Origin: a virus
Reading direction: 5' to 3' (one strand)
Length of the DNA stretch: 47,783 nt
IMG/VR virus record: IMGVR_UViG_3300001201_000001
Coordinates: 1 to 47,783 of that record
The position numbers were made by a program, and so were the translations under genes. Positions 7,686 through 14,538 of this stretch are shown piece by piece. Within the stretch, counting starts at the first letter, position 1. Each line of letters begins with the position of its first letter. The notes below the pieces were generated by a model, which saw only the letters and a list, made by a program, of their open reading frames with translations, was not told where the DNA came from and did not search any database.

Positions 7686-8456
7686 TTACGCGGGAACGGG
7701 TTCGCCCCAGCGCTTTAGTTTGGCGGCTTCGATGTTGGCGGTGATTTCTTCCAACCTGGCCACCGCTTCCTCGAGTCGGCCTTCCATCTGTTTGATGAAC
7801 GGCTCGTCGCGGGGGATCAACATCCAGGCGATGCGGTCGCGGGGGTCATCAAAGTCCGGGTGATAGGAAAAGAACAGGGTCGCGTCGGTTTCGGCTACCC
7901 AGCACTGGTGTTGCGTTTGCAGCCAGTATTTGTGTTCGATTTTTTTCAGGTCGTCCGGCTTTTGCATTTCTAGGAATTGCGTGTGGACGTTCGGCATATA
8001 GGGCGCTTTGCCTTCGACGGTGTAGTTCATGGAACGAATCAAGCCGTCCGGCGTGGAGCCGTGGTAGTCGCCACGAAGTAGGAATTCCTGGTCGTCACCG
8101 TAGTCGGTCACATCGTAGCCAGTCATTTCAATCAGTATCTTCATCGCCGGGACTTCGTGACGATGGCCCCAGGCCATTTCTTTCGTCGTCACCCGGGGTA
8201 TCTTCGCGCCCTTCCGTTGGGCTATCTTCTTTCGGATGTAGGTATCGGCACCCTTGGCGTAAGAGTTGCCCAGCTTCGTGGTGAAGAACGGGGAAATGGC
8301 GGAAGACGTGAAGCGGCCGCGCCGTTTCTCTCGCCATTCGGCCTCGCGTTCTGCGCGTATTCGGGCCAGCGATGCGGCGGCGAAGGCTTGCGGGTTGTCC
8401 GCCATAGCCTCCGCCGTCGTCATCAGTTGGAACCCGTTAAGGTTTTCCAATGCCAT
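7686..8456 (-). CDS. YqaJ-like (lambda Exo-type, PD-(D/E)XK) recombination exonuclease
   Basis: 256 aa with RRGRFTSS, WGHRHEVPA, STPDG, EGKAP and YWLQTQHQ motifs in the YqaJ order. Confidence 0.75.
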   Translation of the reverse strand: MALENLNGFQLMTTAEAMADNPQAFAAASLARIRAEREAEWREKRRGRFTSSAISPFFTTKLGNSYAKGADTYIRKKIAQRKGAKIPRVTTKEMAWGHRHEVPAMKILIEMTGYDVTDYGDDQEFLLRGDYHGSTPDGLIRSMNYTVEGKAPYMPNVHTQFLEMQKPDDLKKIEHKYWLQTQHQCWVAETDATLFFSYHPDFDDPRDRIAWMLIPRDEPFIKQMEGRLEEAVARLEEITANIEAAKLKRWGEPVPA

Positions 8457-8459
8457 CGG

Positions 8460-9044
8460 TTAGGCTTCGGTAACCTTCACGTTGGAATCGACCTCGACCT
8501 CGGTGCCGTCTTCGTCGTCATCAAGGAACACGAACAAGGAGAAGGTCTTCATTTCGTTCGCGCCCGCCGTCTTGCAGGTCAGTTCCACATCGGAATCGAT
8601 GGGAGCGCCGATCTTCAAAAGCTCGACCGCGTTCATGGATCCGGTCAGGCGAATCCCGTCAAGGGTATCAACGACCGCGCAGAGAATCTTCTTTTTGTCA
8701 CCTACGAGGGTGCCGTCGTTCGCGGCCTTCGCGTCTTCCAACTGGCGACCGGACAACTCTTTGAAGATGTTCGTCCACCCCCGGAAGATTCCCCGGATGA
8801 TGTCACCTGGCGTGGCTTCCCAGTAGGCGCTGGTGATGAGTTGCGCGTCCTTGGTGCTTTTCTTTGCCAGCTTCAACAGCCGCTCTTTGCGAACGCGGAG
8901 CGCGTCCTTGGTTACACCGACACCGGTGATGATACCGCTATCGAATTGGAGGCCGGTGTCTTTGCCGTCCTGGTTCGCCAGGTTCTTGATGGCCTTGGCG
9001 GTTTCGGTGTCAGCGGTTTTGGTTTTCTTCGTCTTGTCAGACAT
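8460..9044 (-). CDS. hypothetical protein; candidate single-strand annealing or ssDNA-binding partner of the exonuclease
   Basis: 194 aa. It ends 3 nt before the exonuclease ATG, the position bet holds before exo in lambda. It has its own hairpin-plus-leader cassette and an acidic DDDEDG patch near the C-terminus. No known SSAP motif recognised. Confidence 0.35.
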   Translation of the reverse strand: MSDKTKKTKTADTETAKAIKNLANQDGKDTGLQFDSGIITGVGVTKDALRVRKERLLKLAKKSTKDAQLITSAYWEATPGDIIRGIFRGWTNIFKELSGRQLEDAKAANDGTLVGDKKKILCAVVDTLDGIRLTGSMNAVELLKIGAPIDSDVELTCKTAGANEMKTFSLFVFLDDDEDGTEVEVDSNVKVTEA

Positions 9045-9056
9045 ATCGAATTGATT
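9045..9056 (-). promoter_or_regulatory. start-proximal box AATCAATTCGAT
   Basis: ATCGAATTGATT on + strand; 0 nt spacer to ATG 9044. Confidence 0.65.
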
Positions 9057-9075
9057 AAAAAAGGGTGATTAAAAT

Positions 9076-9099
9076 GGAAGCGCCAATCGCGGCGCGTCC
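9076..9099 (-). terminator. conserved hairpin (terminator-like), copy A
   Basis: GCGCC/GGCGC stem plus 3 outer pairs. The core CGCCAATCGCGGCGCGTC is identical to 16247-16264. It is followed on the coding strand by TTCCATTTTAATCACCC. Confidence 0.5.
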
Positions 9100-9103
9100 G
9101 GGT

Positions 9104-9901
9104 TTAGCGATGGCAAAAAACGCCACAGCTTTTCTGTTCTTCGCCGCTGTCGTAAAATTCAGACAGATCGCCGATTAGGTTCATTTTTTCAGTCGCTATG
9201 AATTGCCGAAGGGGGGGCATATTCGACCGGATTCGGTAGTACTTGTTTCGGTTGTCTTGAATGTATTCCTCAAGGGCTTGGACCTCTTGAATTTCATCCA
9301 GTGCCAGGTGAACCATTGCCGCGAATTCTTTCTTGCTTTTGAACGGGCAATACTTACAACCGCCCCGGCTCATGTATGCCGGAAAGTCGGGAAGCAATCC
9401 AAGCGGCTCGAGTAATTCCTTGCAATCTTCGCGGTCGAGTTCGTCTTCAACTAGCGGATACTTGTAGGCGATGTTCTTCCCCATTTCAAGGTTTCCGATT
9501 CGGTCTTCGTCTTCGTCAGCGTTCAAACCGATCAACAAATCGCACTCACCTTGCCGTTGCAGGAATAGGTCGATGGGGATCACTTTGAAAAGCGCGGTGC
9601 AAAATCTTCGCCGAGCGGATGGCATAAACTTTCGGTAGATAATGTAGTCCGTCAGGTTGTCAACTTTTTCCGTTCCGACCGTTACGTTGGCTTTAATCTT
9701 GACCAGTTTGAAGTCGCCGTCGTGGTATTCGGTCAGCATCTTCTCGACGTATTCCAGGCGTTCATACATTCGATCATGCTCCCCGCCAGTATCGCAAAAG
9801 ATAGCGGTCGCGCCTTTTCCGTAAAGGACACACATCGCGGTGGATTCTACACCTCCGGAGAAACTGATAAACTTCGGCCTTGCGTCGTTACTGGTCTTCA
9901 C
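9104..9901 (-). CDS. PAPS-reductase-like / DndC-like PP-loop ATP pyrophosphatase
   Basis: The GTG 9901 start overlaps the TGA of the upstream gene (GTGA). PP-loop SFSGGVEST and C-terminal Cys pairs CKYC and CGVFC. The ORF-track extension to 10267 overlaps the 9898..10203 gene and looks non-coding. Confidence 0.7.
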   Translation of the reverse strand: MKTSNDARPKFISFSGGVESTAMCVLYGKGATAIFCDTGGEHDRMYERLEYVEKMLTEYHDGDFKLVKIKANVTVGTEKVDNLTDYIIYRKFMPSARRRFCTALFKVIPIDLFLQRQGECDLLIGLNADEDEDRIGNLEMGKNIAYKYPLVEDELDREDCKELLEPLGLLPDFPAYMSRGGCKYCPFKSKKEFAAMVHLALDEIQEVQALEEYIQDNRNKYYRIRSNMPPLRQFIATEKMNLIGDLSEFYDSGEEQKSCGVFCHR

Positions 9902-10203
9902 TTTTGATGTTTGTCGAGGGCTGTTTTCAAGTCCTTCAGTTCCTGAATTTCTTCGCGGATGGTGTCTTCCAAGATACAAAGAAAGTGATTGAAAGCGGCG
10001 GATCGGTTCGGCCGTTTCGTCAGTAATTCCTTCGCGTCTTGCCATTCGACGAGGAGCGCTTTGGTGTCCGGGTGGAGTTGAATCTTTCCGATTTCTTCCC
10101 AGCGGTCCGTCTGTTTGAAGACGCGCTCCTCGAGGGTGTCGGTGGGGTTTACTAATTCCGGGTTGCTTCCGGGGCGGATGACGTTGTTGATGTCGATGGC
10201 CAT
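9898..10203 (-). CDS. hypothetical protein
   Basis: 101-aa ORF; its leader ATCATCACCCCCACAATCCCCC is a degenerate version of the box. Confidence 0.7.
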   Translation of the reverse strand: MAIDINNVIRPGSNPELVNPTDTLEERVFKQTDRWEEIGKIQLHPDTKALLVEWQDAKELLTKRPNRSAAFNHFLCILEDTIREEIQELKDLKTALDKHQK

Positions 10204-10236
10204 AATGGGGGATTGTGGGGGTGATGATAATGGTGA

Positions 10237-10713
10237 CTATTCGGCGGATGGTTCCACTATCGGCCAAACAAAGGCGGAAGTGTTGCCATGTTCGGCGCGG
10301 TGTTTACGAAGCGCGGTAGCGGCGGACCAACCGGCATCGGTCAGGGTGACGTGGCCATAGTTTTCCGTTGCCTGGGCGCTGTTCTTTTGGTGAAGGATGT
10401 CCCCGGATTCCATCGGTTCGTGTTCGTGGATCGTCAGAAAACCAGCCTCGGCCAAGTCCTGGACACAATCCCAGTCGTCGTGCTTTAGCTGTTCACCGCC
10501 GTCCCGGAGTCGTGTTCCGTACTTGTCACCAAACCCCGCGCCGAGACGACGGGAGGCAAGCCGCCAGTTGTGTCGGTGAGTTCGCATATGGGGGTTCGGG
10601 GAAAGTTTGAACCGGCCGGTGTCGGTGACTTTGGTTTCAACGTATAGAAACGTGGTCCGGTGATCTTTGCCGAACTGGTCGGGCTTGATGAAGTTGGGGG
10701 AAGGGTGTGACAT
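10237..10713 (-). CDS. hypothetical protein (possible winged-helix segment)
   Basis: 158-aa ORF; DWDCVQDLAEAGFLTI..VTLTDAG is wHTH-like; weak. Confidence 0.65.
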   Translation of the reverse strand: MSHPSPNFIKPDQFGKDHRTTFLYVETKVTDTGRFKLSPNPHMRTHRHNWRLASRRLGAGFGDKYGTRLRDGGEQLKHDDWDCVQDLAEAGFLTIHEHEPMESGDILHQKNSAQATENYGHVTLTDAGWSAATALRKHRAEHGNTSAFVWPIVEPSAE

Positions 10714-10717
10714 CGTT

Positions 10718-10729
10718 GTCGAATTGATG
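10718..10729 (-). promoter_or_regulatory. start-proximal box (ATCACCCCC)ATCAATTCGAC
   Basis: GTCGAATTGATG on + strand; 4 nt spacer to ATG 10713. Confidence 0.7.
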
Positions 10730-10752
10730 GGGGTGATAATGATGGGTGTGGT

Positions 10753-11109
10753 TTAGTTACCAAATTGGCGAAACATGATCAACAGTTCGTCGTCGTTAGG
10801 CCGGAAGTTTTTGAACCATGTCCGCGCCTTGTTTAGTTGGCGGTTATTCCGAAGGGATTCCAAGTCCCCGTCTTTTTCAATTGAACTATTAGGGCCGGTA
10901 TTGTACGCACCTTTCGAGGGATAGTCGGAGAGGTCATCGCCTTCGGTGTATTCGCGTTTGTAGCCTATTTCCGTTTCGTTTCCCCGGATTCGCAACTTTG
11001 CGAAGGCGCGGGTCTTGGTGACCCTTTGGATGGTGATGATGCTAATGATTCTACCGCTGTAGTGGTCGCGCCGTGTTATCCGGTCGCCTACTTGAAGTTG
11101 CTTTTTCAT
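10753..11109 (-). CDS. hypothetical protein
   Basis: 118 aa from ATG 11109; the ORF-track extension to 11322 reads through a hairpin and the box. Confidence 0.7.
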   Translation of the reverse strand: MKKQLQVGDRITRRDHYSGRIISIITIQRVTKTRAFAKLRIRGNETEIGYKREYTEGDDLSDYPSKGAYNTGPNSSIEKDGDLESLRNNRQLNKARTWFKNFRPNDDELLIMFRQFGN

Positions 11110-11112
11110 GGT

Positions 11113-11124
11113 GTCGAATTGAAA
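11113..11124 (-). promoter_or_regulatory. start-proximal box (TTCATCC)TTTCAATTCGAC
   Basis: GTCGAATTGAAA on + strand; 3 nt spacer to ATG 11109. Confidence 0.7.
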
Positions 11125-11132
11125 AGGATGAA

Positions 11133-11156
11133 GGGGCCGACCGATTGACCGGCCCC
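11133..11156 (-). terminator. GC-rich hairpin (terminator-like, poor U tract)
   Basis: Stem GGGGCCG/CGGCCCC (11133-11139/11150-11156), followed on the coding strand by TTCATCCTTTTC. Confidence 0.45.
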
Positions 11157-11164
11157 GGATTGGT

Positions 11165-11437
11165 TTAGTTGTTGTGATAGTCTTCGTAGCCGTCCCAGTC
11201 GTCATCTTCCGGCGACGCTTGGAACTCGATGGCTTCGATGATCTCCTCGTCGGTCGGTGCCAGTTCGCCGGACACCAGGGACACGTCAAGGATTTCGATT
11301 TCGTCACCGGTGTCACATTCATCCGGCCGACCGTACTGGTCAGTAGATGCCGGATGTCCGGCGGTGAAGTTGTACTCGACGAAGACGATGGATTCGGTGT
11401 CTTCGATTTCGATGGCTAGTTCGGCGGTGTGATACAT
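11165..11437 (-). CDS. very acidic small protein (DNA-mimic / anti-restriction candidate)
   Basis: 90 aa from ATG 11437, with 27 Asp+Glu against 1 Arg and 0 Lys; lies in the early block. Confidence 0.6.
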   Translation of the reverse strand: MYHTAELAIEIEDTESIVFVEYNFTAGHPASTDQYGRPDECDTGDEIEILDVSLVSGELAPTDEEIIEAIEFQASPEDDDWDGYEDYHNN

Positions 11438-11441
11438 GGGG

Positions 11442-11453
11442 GTCGAATTGATG
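11442..11453 (-). promoter_or_regulatory. start-proximal box (ATCACCCCC)ATCAATTCGAC
   Basis: GTCGAATTGATG on + strand; 4 nt spacer to ATG 11437. Confidence 0.7.
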
Positions 11454-11481
11454 GGGGTGATGAAGATGGAAGCGGGCCGAA

Positions 11482-11688
11482 TTATTCGGCGGGGCAAGGA
11501 GCGCCAAGGGTGGCCAGGACGAACATCGTCACCTCTTCGCCAAAGACTTCATCCATTTCGGCGATGCCGTAGGTCATGGTTTCTTTTCCCCAACGTTCGG
11601 TACAAAGGAGGACGAAGTTGGTGCCATCGGTGAAGATGCAGGTGGTGTGTTCGTTGATCTTTACGGCGGGGATTGAAGTGGCAGTCAT
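11482..11688 (-). CDS. hypothetical protein
   Basis: 68 aa from ATG 11688; preceded by repeat cassette R1. Confidence 0.6.
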   Translation of the reverse strand: MTATSIPAVKINEHTTCIFTDGTNFVLLCTERWGKETMTYGIAEMDEVFGEEVTMFVLATLGAPCPAE

Positions 11689-11819
11689 GGTTGTCGAATT
11701 GATTGGGACGGTGTCCCGTTGTTGATGCTTCAAAGATACACCCCGCAGGGGTAACGAGCAAGTGTTGCGGGGGTATTCGTTCTTTTTAGTGGGGGTTGTG
11801 CGTAAACTTTAACTTTTGG
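11689..11819 (-). repeat. non-coding cassette R1 (promoter plus conserved leader); paralog of 12806..12938
   Basis: 120 of 134 aligned positions are identical to R2 (hand alignment), including a 29-nt identical block GGGGGTTGTGCGTAAACTTTAACTTTTGG. Confidence 0.85.
11693..11704 (-). promoter_or_regulatory. start-proximal box AATCAATTCGAC (inside R1)
   Basis: GTCGAATTGATT on + strand; 4 nt spacer to ATG 11688. Confidence 0.7.
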
Positions 11820-11823
11820 CACG

Positions 11824-11857
11824 AAAAAAGCGCCCCCGGACGTGTTGCCGGGGGCGC
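11824..11857 (-). terminator. rho-independent terminator
   Basis: 10-bp stem GCGCCCCCGG/CCGGGGGCGC (11830-11839/11848-11857), followed on the coding strand by TTTTTT. It lies 32 nt downstream of the 11889 stop. Confidence 0.8.
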
Positions 11858-11888
11858 TTCGGTGAGGCTGGTGATAGGTCGGTCGGGA

Positions 11889-12413
11889 CTAAAACGGAAT
11901 GTCGTTGTAGTTGTCGGCCGTTGATTTGATGGCCAGCGCGACGTGGTCCGGGAATTGCTTCACCAGTTCCGGCGATTCGATCACTTCGATGATTTCAAAG
12001 CACTCCTCGAGGTTAGGGTGGCTGGTGTTCATCGGCACGACGTAGTGCGCGGCGGTGGTGCCTTCGGTCTTTCGGTCGCAGTAGAAACCGACGAAGGGAT
12101 GGCCAGCAGGTGCGGTGGCCACCACAATCGTCCCGGGGATGATCTTGACGGTAGTGGTCGGCGTGGACCAGTTGCGGTGAAGGGAAAGGGTCGGAAGCGG
12201 ATGAAGCCCGGCAACTTCGACACCAGTAACCCAAAACGTCGGGTCGGAGTACTGTCCCCGGTCGTCATCAAAGGCGGGGAAGTTTACGGTAACAATTCCG
12301 AGTTCGGGATGGTCAGCGTTCGGCGCGACATCGGTGACTTCACCCTCGCCGTATTGTTGGGCGTAGACGGTCGTGCCGACTTGGAAGGGGTGGGGGAAAT
12401 TAGTGGAAGACAT
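11889..12413 (-). CDS. hypothetical protein
   Basis: 174-aa ORF; ATG 12413 is preceded by the box. Confidence 0.7.
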   Translation of the reverse strand: MSSTNFPHPFQVGTTVYAQQYGEGEVTDVAPNADHPELGIVTVNFPAFDDDRGQYSDPTFWVTGVEVAGLHPLPTLSLHRNWSTPTTTVKIIPGTIVVATAPAGHPFVGFYCDRKTEGTTAAHYVVPMNTSHPNLEECFEIIEVIESPELVKQFPDHVALAIKSTADNYNDIPF

Positions 12414-12418
12414 AAAGG

Positions 12419-12430
12419 GTCGAATTGAAA
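12419..12430 (-). promoter_or_regulatory. start-proximal box (TTCATCC)TTTCAATTCGAC
   Basis: GTCGAATTGAAA on + strand; 5 nt spacer to ATG 12413. Confidence 0.7.
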
Positions 12431-12438
12431 AGGATGAA

Positions 12439-12466
12439 GCGCCGGGCGAAGTCGATCACCCGGCGC
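12439..12466 (-). terminator. GC-rich hairpin (terminator-like, poor U tract)
   Basis: 8-bp stem GCGCCGGG/CCCGGCGC (12439-12446/12459-12466), followed by TTCATCCTTTTC on the coding strand. Confidence 0.5.
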
Positions 12467-12481
12467 GGATGATGTTGATGA

Positions 12482-12805
12482 TTAAACCAGGCGGGCGGCG
12501 GCGAAGGAACGGTAACCGTTGGCGGCGCGGTCGAAGTAGCGAACGTACAGCGGGCTGTAGTTGCCGCCGGTTCCTTTCGGACGCTTATCGGCCGGGATGG
12601 TTTCGATGTCGGTGGTTCCGGTCGCGGGGCGAAGGCTTCCGTCTTTCTTGATGTAGGTGAAGGACACCTCGCCGGTGGCCAGTTGCGCCTTTAGCTTGAT
12701 GACTTTCCAAGCGCGGCGGAAGGCGGCGGATAAGTCGAGGCCGGTTTTGCGAAGTGCCTGGGCTAAGGTGGCGACGGCGGAGCGGATTTGGTTGGGCGTT
12801 TTCAT
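12482..12805 (-). CDS. DUF2693-like (SH3-barrel) phage protein
   Basis: 107 aa from ATG 12805; FTYIKKDGSLRPATGT..YVRYFD..GYRSF resembles the DUF2693 family common in Bacteroidota phages and elements. Confidence 0.5.
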   Translation of the reverse strand: MKTPNQIRSAVATLAQALRKTGLDLSAAFRRAWKVIKLKAQLATGEVSFTYIKKDGSLRPATGTTDIETIPADKRPKGTGGNYSPLYVRYFDRAANGYRSFAAARLV

Positions 12806-12938
12806 GGTTGTCGAATTGATTGGTACGGTGTCCCGTTGTTGTTGATGCTTCAAAGATACGCCCCGCAAGGGTAACGCGCAAGCGTTTCGGGGGTCATCAT
12901 TCTTTTAATGGGGGTTGTGCGTAAACTTTAACTTTTGG
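12806..12938 (-). repeat. non-coding cassette R2 (promoter plus conserved leader); paralog of 11689..11819
   Basis: See R1. The genes downstream of the two copies show no recognisable sequence similarity. Confidence 0.85.
12810..12821 (-). promoter_or_regulatory. start-proximal box AATCAATTCGAC (inside R2)
   Basis: GTCGAATTGATT on + strand; 4 nt spacer to ATG 12805. Confidence 0.7.
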
Positions 12939-12943
12939 ACCAC

Positions 12944-12976
12944 AAAAAAAGCCGCGACACCTTGCGGAATCGCGGC
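12944..12976 (-). terminator. rho-independent terminator
   Basis: Stem GCCGCGA/TCGCGGC (12951-12957/12970-12976), followed by TTTTTTT on the coding strand; downstream of the 13005 stop. Confidence 0.75.
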
Positions 12977-13004
12977 CTCGATGGGTCAGTATAAACTTAG
13001 GGGT

Positions 13005-13589
13005 TTACAAGACCGACCCGTTTCGGTGACTGGTGAAGAACAAATTCACATAGTCAAGGTCCGGCGCGTTCTCCCGTAAGTACGCCAGCCATTCGTGGTT
13101 TGCTTCCCCCGCCTTCGTGAAGACCGTGGCCTCGTATGCCTCTTGCGTTTCGTTTACGTTGCCGGTCTTCGGGTCGCGGAAGTAGAACGATTCGATGGGG
13201 ATCGTCTTTTTTTCTTCCCCGTGTGGTTGGAGGTAATACTTGTTGGAAGCGTCGGCCAATTTCGCCTCGATGTCTTGGACGGTCTTTCGGACCAGCCTGG
13301 CCGGGACGAAGTGAAAAACGACACCGGACAAATGCTCCGGGATGTCGTCTTTTATCCGTCGTCCTTTTTGTCCCCAGTCGGCCACGACAATCGCCTGGAC
13401 TTGTTGGCCATAATCCACCCGGGACAAACGGACATCATACCAAAGGGAAAAGACGGAACAGGCCAACCCAACACAACAGACGACGAGGACAACGGTGGAC
13501 CAGTCGTCCGTCTTGGTGTGGGTGATGTAACCAGCGATGCCGGTGATGGTCCAGGAGACGTAGTGCCAGGGGTTAAACGAAGTCATCAT
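13005..13589 (-). CDS. membrane protein (2 N-terminal TM helices plus a soluble C-terminal domain)
   Basis: 194 aa; hydrophobic segments VSWTITGIAGYI and VVLVVCCVGLACSVFSLW. Confidence 0.7.
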   Translation of the reverse strand: MMTSFNPWHYVSWTITGIAGYITHTKTDDWSTVVLVVCCVGLACSVFSLWYDVRLSRVDYGQQVQAIVVADWGQKGRRIKDDIPEHLSGVVFHFVPARLVRKTVQDIEAKLADASNKYYLQPHGEEKKTIPIESFYFRDPKTGNVNETQEAYEATVFTKAGEANHEWLAYLRENAPDLDYVNLFFTSHRNGSVL

Positions 13590-14094
13590 AACGGCGGTGC
13601 TTTGTGTGGGTGTGATAAGCGAAGGCGGCGGTCGCGCTGAAGCTGGCCATGAAGATCAAGGCGTAACCCCAGGGCGCTGATGCCTTGATGAAGGTGGCGA
13701 AGTCGATCAAGACCACGTAAAGGAAATAGATGATCACCGACGCGACCGCCATGCCGATGATGATGATGGCCGCGTAGCCAACGTTGTCCCAGTCGATGGG
13801 TTCGCGTTCCGGTTCCGGCGGTTGCGGTGCGGGGATGGTGATATACTGGTGAACGGTTGGGGCTTGCGGCGCGGCGTGAACGATAACCGGGCCAGGGGTG
13901 GCCATCGCCGTCGGCATCCCGGCCCCCGTCTTCATCTTTACGCGGCGAACTATTCCGTCTTCGTAAGATGTCAACCCTTCCCCGTTAACGTACTTATTCC
14001 AAGCGTCGTATTCCTCTTCCGTTAGCTTGGCACCGCGCCCCCCTATGACGGCGGGGTCGATGTATCGGGTGGTATAATATGAACCGTCTCGCAT
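13573..14094 (-). CDS. membrane protein (soluble N-terminus, Pro-rich linker, C-terminal TM helices)
   Basis: 173 aa; GYAAIIIIGMAVASVIIYFLYVVLI and WGYALIFMASFSATAAFAY; 17-nt overlap with the next gene. Confidence 0.7.
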   Translation of the reverse strand: MRDGSYYTTRYIDPAVIGGRGAKLTEEEYDAWNKYVNGEGLTSYEDGIVRRVKMKTGAGMPTAMATPGPVIVHAAPQAPTVHQYITIPAPQPPEPEREPIDWDNVGYAAIIIIGMAVASVIIYFLYVVLIDFATFIKASAPWGYALIFMASFSATAAFAYHTHTKHRRYDDFV

Positions 14095-14148
14095 GGTGGT
14101 AAAATTTTAAAATTTAAAGTGGATGGCCTCCCCTACCCTTCATCCTTG

Positions 14149-14538
14149 TTAAAGGTCAAAGTCAATAAATACGGGGCTTTTTTGCCCCCCTTCCCCCAGT
14201 AGGGGAGGGGTTTGGGGGTCTTCTCCGTTGGTTTCAGGGGGTCTTGCGATGGTGGTCTTTTTCTCCCCGTTTCGGTAGTGTATCACCAGCCCGCCGCCAT
14301 CCTGTTCTTTTCCGTATTCTACCTCTTCCCACTCCCCCGGCTCGACCGGTCCGGTCTTTACCCGCTGGCGGGGCTTCGGGGGGGGTGTTGTTGCGGATCG
14401 GATTTCTTTCGGGTGGTCACCATCGTCATCATCATCCAAGGGCAGAATGTATTCCGCCGCGTCAAGTTCCGGGATGTAGATGAAGCCGCACCAATATCCG
14501 ATTTCGATGGCGATGCTTCGGAGCCAGTCGTAGAACAT
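14149..14538 (-). CDS. hypothetical protein (hydrophobic N-terminus, acidic and Pro-rich)
   Basis: 129-aa ORF; TAATG overlap with the upstream gene at 14536-14540. Confidence 0.65.
   Translation of the reverse strand: MFYDWLRSIAIEIGYWCGFIYIPELDAAEYILPLDDDDDGDHPKEIRSATTPPPKPRQRVKTGPVEPGEWEEVEYGKEQDGGGLVIHYRNGEKKTTIARPPETNGEDPQTPPLLGEGGQKSPVFIDFDL

Noticed and set aside
8157-9068. Long plus-strand ORFs: 8157..9068 (303 aa), 41971..42792 (273 aa), 3686..4480 (264 aa), 33532..34314 (260 aa) and many shorter ones
   Set aside because: Each lies antisense to a minus-strand gene that has clear family motifs. Their translations are Arg/Gly/Pro/Val-rich low-complexity sequence typical of shadow ORFs, and none has a plausible start context. 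No plus-strand gene is supported.
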